From: an uncultured Candidatus Poseidoniales archaeon
GTDB lineage: Archaea > Thermoplasmatota > Poseidoniia > Poseidoniales > Poseidoniaceae
Direction: 5' to 3'
DNA: 64,000 nucleotides
Assembly: GCA_963997415.1 (NCBI GenBank)
Contig: CAXEMN010000006.1
Span: forward strand, 1,927 to 65,926
The first letter of the stretch is position 1. The number at the start of each line of letters is the position of its first letter. The notes under the pieces were generated by a model. The model was not told the origin of the DNA. It was given only the letters and a program-made list of their open reading frames with translations, and ran no database searches. Below, piece after piece: positions 27,203 to 36,447 of this stretch. A program made the position numbers and the translations under genes.

Positions 27203-28444
27203 TCAGAGTCGAGATTGATGCCGATATGGCCGCTCAAACACTTCTTTCATTTGTGATTCAGATTCGACCATAATGCCTTCAGCATCAATGTTTTGAGGAA
27301 TGCATGAATTGATTTCTTTTGTCCGTCCATACCTTCCACGGGAAACGGTTCTTGCCGTGATAAGACCAAGCATATCCAAATTAGAAATCAATCCTGAGAC
27401 ACGACGTTGTGTCAATGGATTTTGCCTGACATATCGACAAGCTTGGGTGTAAACGGCGTAGACTTCACCCGTCTGAATGTTTCTCAAGCCATTCCGCTCA
27501 TTGAGAAGAATGGAGGCAAGAACCAATTTCTGTTGGCTTGGCAATGAGGCGAGTACGGGGTGCATCTGATCGGCTTCCAATTGATGTTGAGCCATACGCA
27601 CGTGGGATTGAGTCACGCACTCATCACCAGATTGCTCTGCTTTTTCTGTCGACACACGAAGAAGGTCAAGAGCGCATCGAGCATCACCGTGTTCTTGAGC
27701 GGCGATGGCTGCACAGAGGGCAATAACGCTATCATCCAATGCACCTTCAACGAGGGCGCCTTCAGCGCGTTGACGGAGAATGTTTTGGAGTTGCATGGCG
27801 TCATATGGGTTGAACACAACATCTGATTGACCGAGGCGAGAACGTACACGAGGGTCAAGGAAGTCTGTGAATTTGAGATCGTTTGAAATTCCGATCACAC
27901 AAGCTCGGGCTGATTTTAGCGATGCGTTAATGCTCGTGAGGTTGTACAACAGATCGTCTCCAGCCTTTCGAACAAGATGATCAATTTCATCGAGAATAAT
28001 CACAAAGACGCCGCCTCTGTCGTCCATTCTTCGAACGAGTTCACCAAAGACACGGTCAGTTGGCCAGCCGGTGAAGGGGATTTCATCGATTTCATGTGAT
28101 TCGAGCAAGGAATTACCAAGGTGGCTCAGAACTCTGTACTGAGTATCGATTTGTCGGCAGTTGACCATAATGGTCTGAACTGGTCGATTGATTTCCCTAC
28201 CCTTTGCTTCAAGTTCATCACAGACATAGGAGGTGACCGCTGTCTTACCTGCACCAGTCACGCCGTAAAGGGTCATGTTTGATGGGATGTGACCGTTGAG
28301 GGCTTCAACCAAATTGAAGGTCAACTTCTCAATTTCACTTTGTCGGTGCGGGAGTTTTTTCGGACGGAAGTCATGACGAAGCACTTCTTTGTCAACGAAC
28401 AGGGTTTTTCGTGAAAGGAAGTCATCGAAGATGTTTCCAGTCAT
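27203..28444 (-). CDS. cdc6: Orc1/Cdc6 replication initiator
   Basis: 'FRPKKLPHRQSEIEKL', Walker A 'LYGVTGAGKTAV', Walker B 'VIILDEIDHL', and a C-terminal winged helix ('VSGLISNLDMLGLITARTVSRGRYGRTKEI'). Confidence 0.92.
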   Translation of the reverse strand: MTGNIFDDFLSRKTLFVDKEVLRHDFRPKKLPHRQSEIEKLTFNLVEALNGHIPSNMTLYGVTGAGKTAVTSYVCDELEAKGREINRPVQTIMVNCRQIDTQYRVLSHLGNSLLESHEIDEIPFTGWPTDRVFGELVRRMDDRGGVFVIILDEIDHLVRKAGDDLLYNLTSINASLKSARACVIGISNDLKFTDFLDPRVRSRLGQSDVVFNPYDAMQLQNILRQRAEGALVEGALDDSVIALCAAIAAQEHGDARCALDLLRVSTEKAEQSGDECVTQSHVRMAQHQLEADQMHPVLASLPSQQKLVLASILLNERNGLRNIQTGEVYAVYTQACRYVRQNPLTQRRVSGLISNLDMLGLITARTVSRGRYGRTKEINSCIPQNIDAEGIMVESESQMKEVFERPYRHQSRL

Positions 28445-28694
28445 GGTTGTTCCTCAGTTTTTCTATGTGCCCGTGAATCTGCCGGAGTGGCAGATGCGCG
28501 ATATTGTGCGTGAGTCCGAGTCCCCCTCATAAGCATGTCCACTCGAACAAATTGGTTTGGCCAAATTGTCGAGTATTCGCTTTGACCTTTGAGAATATAA
28601 AGGAGAAGGACATTTAAGTTAAAAATGTAAAAATAACTCATCGAAAGAACAGAAATTTGTCATTTTCCGGAAAGGAAATTTTTCTTCTTCAAGA
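28445..28694. promoter_or_regulatory. orc1/cdc6 upstream region: candidate replication origin with a DNA-unwinding element
   Basis: 250-nt non-coding spacer next to cdc6. Inverted repeat ATCTGCC-GGAGT-GGCAGAT at 28477-28495. 10-bp palindromes TTTGGCCAAA (28556-28565) and TTTCCGGAAA (28664-28673). A strongly AT-rich stretch at about 28596-28660. Confidence 0.45.
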
Positions 28695-29510
28695 TTATTG
28701 CACTGACCAAATTCGTCCTTCCCGAACGACTCGCAAACCATCCTCGGCATGATTCACATTTGATGGGTGGTTCGGATACGTATCTGTGACCGTTGGAGTT
28801 CGACCTGAACCTGGCGTGTCAACATAGGTATGCGTGATAATGAACTCAACATCTGCATGTTTCTTGGCGATGCTTTCGACGTCCGAAGGTTTGTGGTGGG
28901 TATCAGAATCCACCCATTGTGGCAATCCCATCTCGAGGATCGTCATACTTGATTGAGCGATTTCATCATACAATGAATCACAGGGTCCAGAATCACCGCT
29001 GTGTACAAAACTTCCTTCTTTTCCCTTATCGAAATGATAGCCATAAGGATCTACGGATTCATCATGGTACACGGCAAAGCGATCCCAGGTCAATCCACAC
29101 TCAAGTTCACCGACGGAGGTTTCCCGCCACTGTATACGCTCAAAAGATTCCTCCAAACTTCCAGGATAGGCCAAATCACACAATTGCTTCAAGCGCGCTT
29201 TAACGCCCGGTGCAGCAACCACTGTGAGTGGCTTTTCATTCGCTCGATCAGAGATGTACCGGCGTTCGAGAAGCAGAAAGGGGAAGCCAAACACATGGTC
29301 ACCATGGACATGTGTGATGAAGATTGTTTCGATATCGCTGACGGATTGGCCTTCACGTCGAAGACTTGCAAGTGCTGTTGGAGGGCAATCAATAATGTGT
29401 TTTTTGTCAATCATTGCGAAGGAATGATACCGGCCATAAGGAAGGAAGGCGTTGCCAGTTCCAAGCATCACCACCTCATGCGCCATGATGGTCGGTAAGG
29501 GTGGTTGCAC
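28695..29510 (-). CDS. MBL-fold metallo-hydrolase (RNase Z / beta-lactamase superfamily)
   Basis: 'ITHVHGDHVFGFPFLL' (HxHxDH motif) and later conserved His/Asp residues. Confidence 0.7.
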   Translation of the reverse strand: MQPPLPTIMAHEVVMLGTGNAFLPYGRYHSFAMIDKKHIIDCPPTALASLRREGQSVSDIETIFITHVHGDHVFGFPFLLLERRYISDRANEKPLTVVAAPGVKARLKQLCDLAYPGSLEESFERIQWRETSVGELECGLTWDRFAVYHDESVDPYGYHFDKGKEGSFVHSGDSGPCDSLYDEIAQSSMTILEMGLPQWVDSDTHHKPSDVESIAKKHADVEFIITHTYVDTPGSGRTPTVTDTYPNHPSNVNHAEDGLRVVREGRIWSVQ

Positions 29511-29568
29511 TTGTCTTCATCGGTCACAAATACATATCTTGATACGCAGAATGACTGGTCAAAAATTC

Positions 29569-30396
29569 ATGCCGGAGGGACCAGAAATACGTCGTGCGGC
29601 AGACCGGTTGGGCAAAGCACTGATTGGCAAAAGACTCGTAGAAACCAAACTTCCTTACACGACGTTTCTTGGCCGAGAACATTTGATTGAAGATCAAATT
29701 GTCATTGATGTCACCAGCCAAGCCAAAGCCATGCTGATTCGTTTTGAGAATGGCTGGACAATGTACAGTCACAACCAATTGTATGGCAGATGGACGGTTC
29801 ACTTGAGAACAACTGAACCTCGAATGGGGCGCACGTTACGAGCTGAATTGTGCACAGAAAAGCACGCTGTACGTCTCTGGTCAGCAACAGATATCGATTT
29901 GATTCCGACTGCAGAGGAGCCTCTTCACTCGTTTTTAGCTCGTCTTGGTCCCGATGTGTTGGATGAGGGTGTGACCGTGGACGCACTCTTTTCTCAACTC
30001 AAATCCAAGAAGTGTTTTCGAAAGAAGGCGGCAACCTTGATGCTTGACCAGAGAAGTTTTGCAGGACTGGGGAATTACCTCCGCTCTGAGATTCTCTTTA
30101 TCGCAGGGATTCATCCTGATGACCGGCCATGTGATCTTTCAGAGGAGAAACTCCACACTTGGGCTCAATGCATCAAACAAGTCACTGTACAAGCCTATGA
30201 AACCGGTGGCGTCACCGTTCCAAAAGAGATCGCTGCTGCAGGTAAACGAAGGGGGGAACCACGTAGAACATGGCGCCATTACGCCTTTTGCCGGAATGAG
30301 CGACCATGCTTACAATGTAGCACATTGATTGTTCGACTTCGCTACGGAGGGCGTCGTCTTGACCACTGCCCTAATTGCCAAATGGCTCACCGTTGA
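29569..30396 (+). CDS. nei: endonuclease VIII (Fpg/Nei-family DNA glycosylase/AP lyase)
   Basis: 'MPEGPEIRRAADRL', 'YSHNQLYGRW', 'LGPDVLD', 'LLDQRSFAGLGNYLRSEILF' and the zinc finger 'CLQC...CPNC' are near-collinear with E. coli Nei. The catalytic Pro2 fixes the start at 29569. Confidence 0.9.
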   Translation: MPEGPEIRRAADRLGKALIGKRLVETKLPYTTFLGREHLIEDQIVIDVTSQAKAMLIRFENGWTMYSHNQLYGRWTVHLRTTEPRMGRTLRAELCTEKHAVRLWSATDIDLIPTAEEPLHSFLARLGPDVLDEGVTVDALFSQLKSKKCFRKKAATLMLDQRSFAGLGNYLRSEILFIAGIHPDDRPCDLSEEKLHTWAQCIKQVTVQAYETGGVTVPKEIAAAGKRRGEPRRTWRHYAFCRNERPCLQCSTLIVRLRYGGRRLDHCPNCQMAHR

Positions 30397-30397
30397 G

Positions 30398-32059
30398 TTA
30401 CTGTTCATCTGGCCGAAGTGTCTGGCCGTTGGTGAGTGCCTCTTGAACTCGAAGAAATGTTCGGTGATCGACTCGTTTCATCTCTTCACTGCGCTTTGCA
30501 ACATTTCTCATTGCCATTGAAAGCCGATGATTTCCGGAAAATGCAAGCGAGTGGCGATCAAGATAGGCCCAGTAGAGCCGCCCAATTGGGCATGTTTTTT
30601 TCGGGTGAAATTCGCAACTTTTGCAGTGGTTGCTCATTCGATTGATGTATGCAGAGCCTGCAACATATGGTTTTGTCATCATCGCCGAGCCAAGTGCAAA
30701 GGTCCCCATCCCGAGCACATTGGGTTCAACTACCCAATCGTAGGCATCAATGAAGGCAACATGGAACCAATCTGTGAGTTCTCGCGGATGAACATCAAGC
30801 AGATGGGCAATGTTACTCAGCACCATCAGCCTTGGAATATGATGTGTCCAACCTTCATCCATCACCGAACTTACGGATTCATCCAAACAGGCAAGACCAC
30901 TTTTCTGGCCCCAGAACGCCTGTGGTAGTGGGTAGGTTTGCTCGAGATGATTTGGATGAGCTTCAGAATCCAGCGGTGCAGTTTCATGCCAATTCGCATC
31001 GCGTCGCGACATGGACCGGTTGATCTCCAACGTCCGAAAGCCATCGGTCACTTCGTGAATATGATGAACATACTCGCGCCAGATAAGTTGGCGCACAAAC
31101 CCCTCAATGTTGTTGAGTTGGGCGTCGCTCTCAAGGGCAAGTTCAATGGCCGTTCGAGGCATGACCCTGTGAAGATTCAGTAATGAGGCAAGGCGTGTAT
31201 GAAACAAGCCGCGACTATCGGTCGACATTGCATCTTCATAGGTGCCAAAATGCATGAGGCATTGTCGAGCGAAGTCAAGCATACGGCCCGCGTCATGACG
31301 AGTGGTTGGGATTTGGCTAAAATCGATTGAACCTGGATGGTCATGAAAGACTCGATTGACGAGTTCTTCGACTTCTGAGTCAATCTCATCTGATTCGAAC
31401 ACCGGCACTGAAGGGGCGGCTGGTTCACCCTTCCATGGTTTACGGTTTTCTTCATCAAAGCTGTATTTTCCACCCACAGGTTGCCCGTTGGCCATAAGCC
31501 ATCCCGTGGATGTTCGAACCTTTCGATAGAAACGATCCATTCGGAAAGGTGGCGTTGTCCCTACTGCCTCAACAAACCAATTGCGAGGCGTTAACCATCC
31601 ACGGTGTGGGTGGGTAACAAGATGACCTGAGTCAATGAGTGACTCAAGTTCCAATCTCGTTGAATATTCAGCTGCTTCAATGCAGTGAATTGGGCGTTCA
31701 GGTTCTGCAAGGGCTTCGATGACTCCAGCATAATCGCCCTTCGTGACGATGTATTGAACGGCATAGCCTTGGGCTTGAGCCTCTAAGCTGAAATGACGTT
31801 GATTGGAAAGCAGGAGCGCCAACTTTTGCTTGTGATAGGGTCGAGAACGCCCTTTCATTTCTGACTCAATGAACACAAGGCCAATCGTCCCAAATCGCTG
31901 TTCGATATCCCGAATCAATTCCAGATTTAGTTGGTCATATGCCATCCAAACCCAAGCATTAACTGAATTAGACACGCGGAGAATTCGGCGGCCAAAGCCC
32001 GTCGAACAGGTGGTTTCATTCAAACTGTACATCCAATCAACCTCGGACGTAAGCATCAA
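30398..32059 (-). CDS. cryptochrome/photolyase-family protein of the Fe-S bacterial (6-4) photolyase type (FeS-BCP, COG3046-like)
   Basis: The N-terminal 'VWMAYDQLN' and 'GLVFIESE' are COG3046-like. 'WREYVHHI' sits in the FAD-binding region. The C-terminal Cys cluster 'YINRMSNHCKSCEFHPKKTCP' fits the 4Fe-4S ligands. The start may be 32032 ('MYSLNE') rather than 32059. Confidence 0.8.
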   Translation of the reverse strand: MMLTSEVDWMYSLNETTCSTGFGRRILRVSNSVNAWVWMAYDQLNLELIRDIEQRFGTIGLVFIESEMKGRSRPYHKQKLALLLSNQRHFSLEAQAQGYAVQYIVTKGDYAGVIEALAEPERPIHCIEAAEYSTRLELESLIDSGHLVTHPHRGWLTPRNWFVEAVGTTPPFRMDRFYRKVRTSTGWLMANGQPVGGKYSFDEENRKPWKGEPAAPSVPVFESDEIDSEVEELVNRVFHDHPGSIDFSQIPTTRHDAGRMLDFARQCLMHFGTYEDAMSTDSRGLFHTRLASLLNLHRVMPRTAIELALESDAQLNNIEGFVRQLIWREYVHHIHEVTDGFRTLEINRSMSRRDANWHETAPLDSEAHPNHLEQTYPLPQAFWGQKSGLACLDESVSSVMDEGWTHHIPRLMVLSNIAHLLDVHPRELTDWFHVAFIDAYDWVVEPNVLGMGTFALGSAMMTKPYVAGSAYINRMSNHCKSCEFHPKKTCPIGRLYWAYLDRHSLAFSGNHRLSMAMRNVAKRSEEMKRVDHRTFLRVQEALTNGQTLRPDEQ

Positions 32060-33275
32060 CGGCTTTCGCTACCGACTCTGCAGATTGGAGCGCTCCCTCG
32101 ACACTGCCATGAAGGGTATGATCACCGCATTCAAACCCGTTGATTCTGGGTGCAGACTCAAGGATACAATCTGACCCAACTTCGGGCAAAGCATGCTCGA
32201 TGTGTTGAATGGCGAGAAGGCGCCATGCTGGGGAAGAAGAGGGAAACCACAGGGCAAGTTCTTGTCTCACTGCTGCTTCAACGGCCGCTGCGTCTGTGTA
32301 CCCAGCTGCTTCGGCTCTCTCACCAACGACTGTGACGGTTACGAGCGAGCGACCGGGTGGTGCATAGGTTGGTTGTATATCGGAAGGAACTGCGAGATGG
32401 GCGATCAAGCCATTGTGGAGTTTGACATCACCGTTGAGCAGCACATGTTGCGACCTGAGAGGGGAGGATTCAGCATCGAAATGGAGCGTCCAAACATGCC
32501 GCTTTTCCAAATGCTGTTGCGTGTTAAATGCACGAATAACTGCGTCAAAGGAAGAGGGTTTACCATCAATTTCAATCGTGGTATCATTCACAATATTCAC
32601 ATGGCTATTGAGATGAATCCGTTCAGCACCTAAGCGTTCTGCGAGTTGATTTGGTGCCGCAATGATTCCACCTTTGGGTAAAATCATGTCTCCTTTCGAC
32701 ATCATTCGAAATACAAATCGGAACATCCGTTCATTGGTTCGCAAATCATCCTCAAGAAAAATCCCGGAGAAGAGTGGGTGGAAAAAGCGGTCAATCATCG
32801 AAGTTGAGAATCCAGAACGCTCGAGGTAATGGCGTGTATCATGGTTCTCGCCTCCAAAGACTCGCTCGGTTCCACCACGGCGCACCGAAAACCGCAGTCG
32901 AGCGACTCGCAGCAAATCGAATGGAGATGCGAAACGGTTGAGTCCACTCATCGCACCTTGGATTGGGCGACGAAACGGATCGGCCATGCGCCAAAATTTC
33001 GCCTTGTTTTTTCGTTGTTGGACAATAAGGGCGCCAGGTTCGAAGGCTTTGGCGCCCATTGCATTGAAGTCAAAAGCCCGTTTTGAAGTTGGATACGCCG
33101 TCTGCATGACATGAAATCCATGATCGAGCAGAAAACCATCAACCTCGTCGGTTCTCATTCGCCCGCCAATCGAATTCGAGCGTTCATAGACAGAGACCTC
33201 ATGGCCCGCAGCCTGCAACAATGTGGCGCATCTCAGACCTGAAAGTCCCGCACCCACAATTGCAATCGATGCCAT
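32037..33275 (-). CDS. FAD-dependent oxidoreductase (amine oxidase / phytoene desaturase-like fold)
   Basis: 'IAIVGAGLSGLRCATLLQAAGHEVSVYERSNSIGGRMRT' dinucleotide-binding motif and a C-terminal 'GDHTLHGSVEGALQSAE' FAD-contact motif. Confidence 0.8.
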   Translation of the reverse strand: MASIAIVGAGLSGLRCATLLQAAGHEVSVYERSNSIGGRMRTDEVDGFLLDHGFHVMQTAYPTSKRAFDFNAMGAKAFEPGALIVQQRKNKAKFWRMADPFRRPIQGAMSGLNRFASPFDLLRVARLRFSVRRGGTERVFGGENHDTRHYLERSGFSTSMIDRFFHPLFSGIFLEDDLRTNERMFRFVFRMMSKGDMILPKGGIIAAPNQLAERLGAERIHLNSHVNIVNDTTIEIDGKPSSFDAVIRAFNTQQHLEKRHVWTLHFDAESSPLRSQHVLLNGDVKLHNGLIAHLAVPSDIQPTYAPPGRSLVTVTVVGERAEAAGYTDAAAVEAAVRQELALWFPSSSPAWRLLAIQHIEHALPEVGSDCILESAPRINGFECGDHTLHGSVEGALQSAESVAKAVDAYVRG

Positions 33276-33284
33276 ATTCTTACC

Positions 33285-34502
33285 TCAAATTTCCAGTTTT
33301 GTTTTGAATTCTTCCAAAAATGGGCCCATGGATTGAATCAGCAATGCGTCGGGGTGCGTGCGAATCACAAGACCGTCGAGGTACATCAAAGCACGAATGA
33401 TTGGGAAGGCCTCTTCGCCAAATGTTGCTCCAGCATGTTCGACAGCCGCTTTGACAGTGCCCATCATAATGCGAGTCAAACTTTGTTCTCCGACAGGTTT
33501 CTTCTCGAAATCAGTGTAGATTTCAGTCATTGTGGCATAATATTTCGCCAATTTTTTCGGTGTTGGGTTGACCTCAGTCATTGTGAGAAGGGCATCGAAG
33601 GCCTCCTGCATCTCTTTGCGGGAGAGGTGGTCAAAGAAGTGAAAGAGTGCATGAGCCACGTTCTTTGGTGCGTGACAAATCGCTCCATTGTCGATGAAAA
33701 CAAACCGTCCGTCGTCATCGACAATACAATTCCCGGGATGCAAGTCTCCATGAAAGGTTCCGATTCCAAATAAGTAAGCGCCGTGGATTCTGAAAAATTG
33801 GAGAAGGAAATCCCATGTGAGAGCCTTTTCTTCGATGCCTTCCTCAAGAGACATACCTTGAACATACTCAGAAACGAGAATATCTTGATTTGACAATTCG
33901 GCATAGTAGATTGGGAATCTTAGAAGGTCCATTTGGAAGGTACCATCGAGTGAATGTTTGATCTCTGCAAGTTCTTCTGCACCCTTGATTTCATTTCGGA
34001 GGTCGAGTTCTCGAAGTGTATAATCCGCAACGTGGTTAATCAGGGCCATTGGGTTGCCAACTTTGCGAAGTTTAGGTGCGAAAATCAGGAAGATTCTGAG
34101 CCAGCGACGCATTCGCACAACTTCTTTTTTGAATTCGACAGCATTTGTCTGTTTGATGAATTTGATGACAACTTCTTCCCCACCCTTGAGCCGTCCCCTG
34201 TGGACTTGCCCGACCGAGGCTGCTGCAAGTGGTTCATCATCGATTGATTCGAATGCATCCATGAAACCCTTAGGTGCTTTCTTGGCGATGGTTTCGTGAA
34301 GATTTTCCGAGGCAATTGAAGCTGCATGTTGGTAGAGTTGCTGAAGTTGACGTGCCTTTTCTACACCCAGCAAATCTGGGCGAAGGGCAAAGATTTGGGC
34401 AAGTTTGACTGCAATCAGTCCCTGCCGTTGAATCCAGTCCAAGTCTGCTGGCTTTTTCCTTAGAATCTGCCGCATAAAGCGGAAGAAGGTCAGCATCCTC
34501 AT
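33285..34502 (-). CDS. ABC1/UbiB-family atypical kinase
   Basis: 'KLAQIFALRPDLL', 'PLAAASVGQVHRGRLKGGEEVVIKF' and 'FHGDLHPGNCIV' are ABC1/ADCK signatures. Confidence 0.85.
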   Translation of the reverse strand: MRMLTFFRFMRQILRKKPADLDWIQRQGLIAVKLAQIFALRPDLLGVEKARQLQQLYQHAASIASENLHETIAKKAPKGFMDAFESIDDEPLAAASVGQVHRGRLKGGEEVVIKFIKQTNAVEFKKEVVRMRRWLRIFLIFAPKLRKVGNPMALINHVADYTLRELDLRNEIKGAEELAEIKHSLDGTFQMDLLRFPIYYAELSNQDILVSEYVQGMSLEEGIEEKALTWDFLLQFFRIHGAYLFGIGTFHGDLHPGNCIVDDDGRFVFIDNGAICHAPKNVAHALFHFFDHLSRKEMQEAFDALLTMTEVNPTPKKLAKYYATMTEIYTDFEKKPVGEQSLTRIMMGTVKAAVEHAGATFGEEAFPIIRALMYLDGLVIRTHPDALLIQSMGPFLEEFKTKLEI

Positions 34503-34540
34503 ACCGCTGACTCAGCCGTTTGGCTTATCAAGAGATGTTT

Positions 34541-35932
34541 TCATTCTAACAGTTCTTCATCGGTTTCGTCGATGAAAACGAGAGTGTATCGCCATGAATC
34601 ATCACCTTCTGGCTCTCTTCGAATCCGAACATTACCATTTTCCGGGTAGCGGGCAAGCAGAGCGCCTTCGATGATCCCATCATCAAGTTGCCAAAGTGGA
34701 AGTACGTCATCTCCTTCAGTTTCAGGGTGTGCGAGATTGACGATGATGTGGAAGAACGGGTCAGCGTTGTAATCCAGTTCACCAAGTCCAGCGTGCTCCC
34801 ACCAATCCATAAGTTCGTTCAAGAATTCCACATGGCCCTCAATCTTTCGAAGGCTGAAGGTGAGTTCTTCTCCAATACGTTGGCCGACTTGTCGCAACAT
34901 GGTCGCGAGGTCAATCCCCAGTTCATGTAAACTGCTCATTCGTCCGTCTTGCAGTGCCGCCCTAGCTTGGTTGATTTCGCTGCTCGATGCCAAGAACGAT
35001 TCCGGATTGAACGGTACATCGTCAACTGGCAAATCTTCGCTTACTTTGAGGGCTTGGCGGAACTGTTCGAGGAACGAGCCCTGCCCTACTGTCAGGCGGA
35101 GAGGATCGACAATTCGTTCTTCGGTGAATCTTTTCTTAGCTGCCTCGATGTCGATGGCCTTTGTCCAAATAGCATTAACGAAATCACTGTGTGAGGCGGC
35201 AAAGACATCAGAGTTCACGACAAGTGCTGCATCATCTCGGCCGCGGCCGACTGGGTTTTCTTCAACGTGGAGGAATTGGATGACATTGCTGTTATCTTGC
35301 AGTACGCCCAACGAACTCACTTCATCGGAGTGCCGTACCGAAATTGAATCATGAAGTTGGTCATAAAATCGAACTGTTCGACGGTCCAATTGTGCGAGTA
35401 CAGTGATGATTACACCTCGCTCTGCGGCAGAGTTCACTTCCTCAAGGCCAACCGATCGGCAAAGATGGAGGATTCCAAATCGTCCAAGGAGTAAGACAAG
35501 GCGTTCTTCTGCTTGCGAAGCGAATTCACCAATTCGCTTGTGAATGTGTTCTCGCCCCTTGAGGACTGCGAATTTTGCGTTGGTATCTTCGGTGCTCTCT
35601 TCACCGCTTTCGTCGTAATCAGCAGTTGCACCTGACATGATGGCATCGAAGGCTTTGGATGTTCGTTCAATTCGCTCCCGCTGTTCGTTGAGCAATCGTT
35701 TGAACAACACAGGCAATGATGAGCAGGAAAAACGCATTGGCCGATCGGCCGTCACAGAGACCAAGCCAATTTCTGTCAGTCGTGAAAGAGAATTGTATGC
35801 GTCGAGGCGATTTGTACCGAGTTCTTTGGCCAATTCACTTGCTTTGAGTTCTTTTGAGGACGAAAGAATCACCAAGGATCGCGCTTCCCTTTCAGACAGA
35901 CCAGCATCTTCGAACAATTCGAACCAATTCAT
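34541..35932 (-). CDS. TrmB-family transcription regulator with a long uncharacterised C-terminal region
   Basis: The N-terminal 'GLSEREARSLVILSSSKELKASELAKELGTNRLDAYNSLSRLTEIGLV' is a TrmB-type wHTH followed by a coiled segment. About 330 further residues have no recognisable motif. Confidence 0.75.
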   Translation of the reverse strand: MNWFELFEDAGLSEREARSLVILSSSKELKASELAKELGTNRLDAYNSLSRLTEIGLVSVTADRPMRFSCSSLPVLFKRLLNEQRERIERTSKAFDAIMSGATADYDESGEESTEDTNAKFAVLKGREHIHKRIGEFASQAEERLVLLLGRFGILHLCRSVGLEEVNSAAERGVIITVLAQLDRRTVRFYDQLHDSISVRHSDEVSSLGVLQDNSNVIQFLHVEENPVGRGRDDAALVVNSDVFAASHSDFVNAIWTKAIDIEAAKKRFTEERIVDPLRLTVGQGSFLEQFRQALKVSEDLPVDDVPFNPESFLASSSEINQARAALQDGRMSSLHELGIDLATMLRQVGQRIGEELTFSLRKIEGHVEFLNELMDWWEHAGLGELDYNADPFFHIIVNLAHPETEGDDVLPLWQLDDGIIEGALLARYPENGNVRIRREPEGDDSWRYTLVFIDETDEELLE

Positions 35933-36408
35933 TTCATTGTGCCCCCAGAGGAGAGCTCGCTGAAAGCGTCAAGAATTCGTGCCACGTGTCGGCGAGGACG
36001 GAAGAGCCAGTCGTACGTGTAATGCACCGTTCGGTCTGGTCCAATCAAAAAAGATGACTTTGCTGGGAAACGGCCCAGGAACACCGGTACTCCAAAGGCA
36101 TCTGCTACGAGCCTTTCAGGATCGCTCAATAGGGGAAAAGGAAGATTCAGTTCGTCTTTGAATCGACGATGATCCTCAACTGAGTCTTGACTGATGCCGA
36201 TAACTTCGACGGGCGGTGTGAGTGATTGGAACAAGTCATATTGCTCCTTGAATGTCAAACAACCACGCTTGCAGGTAGGAGAGCCGTCCTTTGCATAGAA
36301 GAACACAACCTTCCATTTTCCGTCGAAATCAGACAGCGAAAATGTTTCACCACTCGAAGAAGGGAGGGTAAACTCCGGTGCTTTTTCTCCAGAAAGTTTG
36401 TTTGCCAT
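35929..36408 (-). CDS. bcp: peroxiredoxin (Bcp/PrxQ-like, AhpC/TSA family)
   Basis: 'APEFTLPSSSGETFSLSDFDGKWKVVFFYAKDGSPTCKRGC' fits the thioredoxin-fold peroxidatic Cys context. Its stop overlaps the start of the TrmB-like gene by 4 nt. Confidence 0.8.
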   Translation of the reverse strand: MANKLSGEKAPEFTLPSSSGETFSLSDFDGKWKVVFFYAKDGSPTCKRGCLTFKEQYDLFQSLTPPVEVIGISQDSVEDHRRFKDELNLPFPLLSDPERLVADAFGVPVFLGRFPAKSSFLIGPDRTVHYTYDWLFRPRRHVARILDAFSELSSGGTMK

Positions 36409-36447
36409 ACCTTCGCCTCAAAACTCCTGTTTATAATTTGAGAGGAC

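Noticed and set aside
29452-29568. Upstream extension of the nei ORF
   Set aside because: Fpg/Nei enzymes use Pro2 as the catalytic nucleophile, so 'MPEGPEI' must be the N-terminus. The extension also overlaps the divergent MBL gene.
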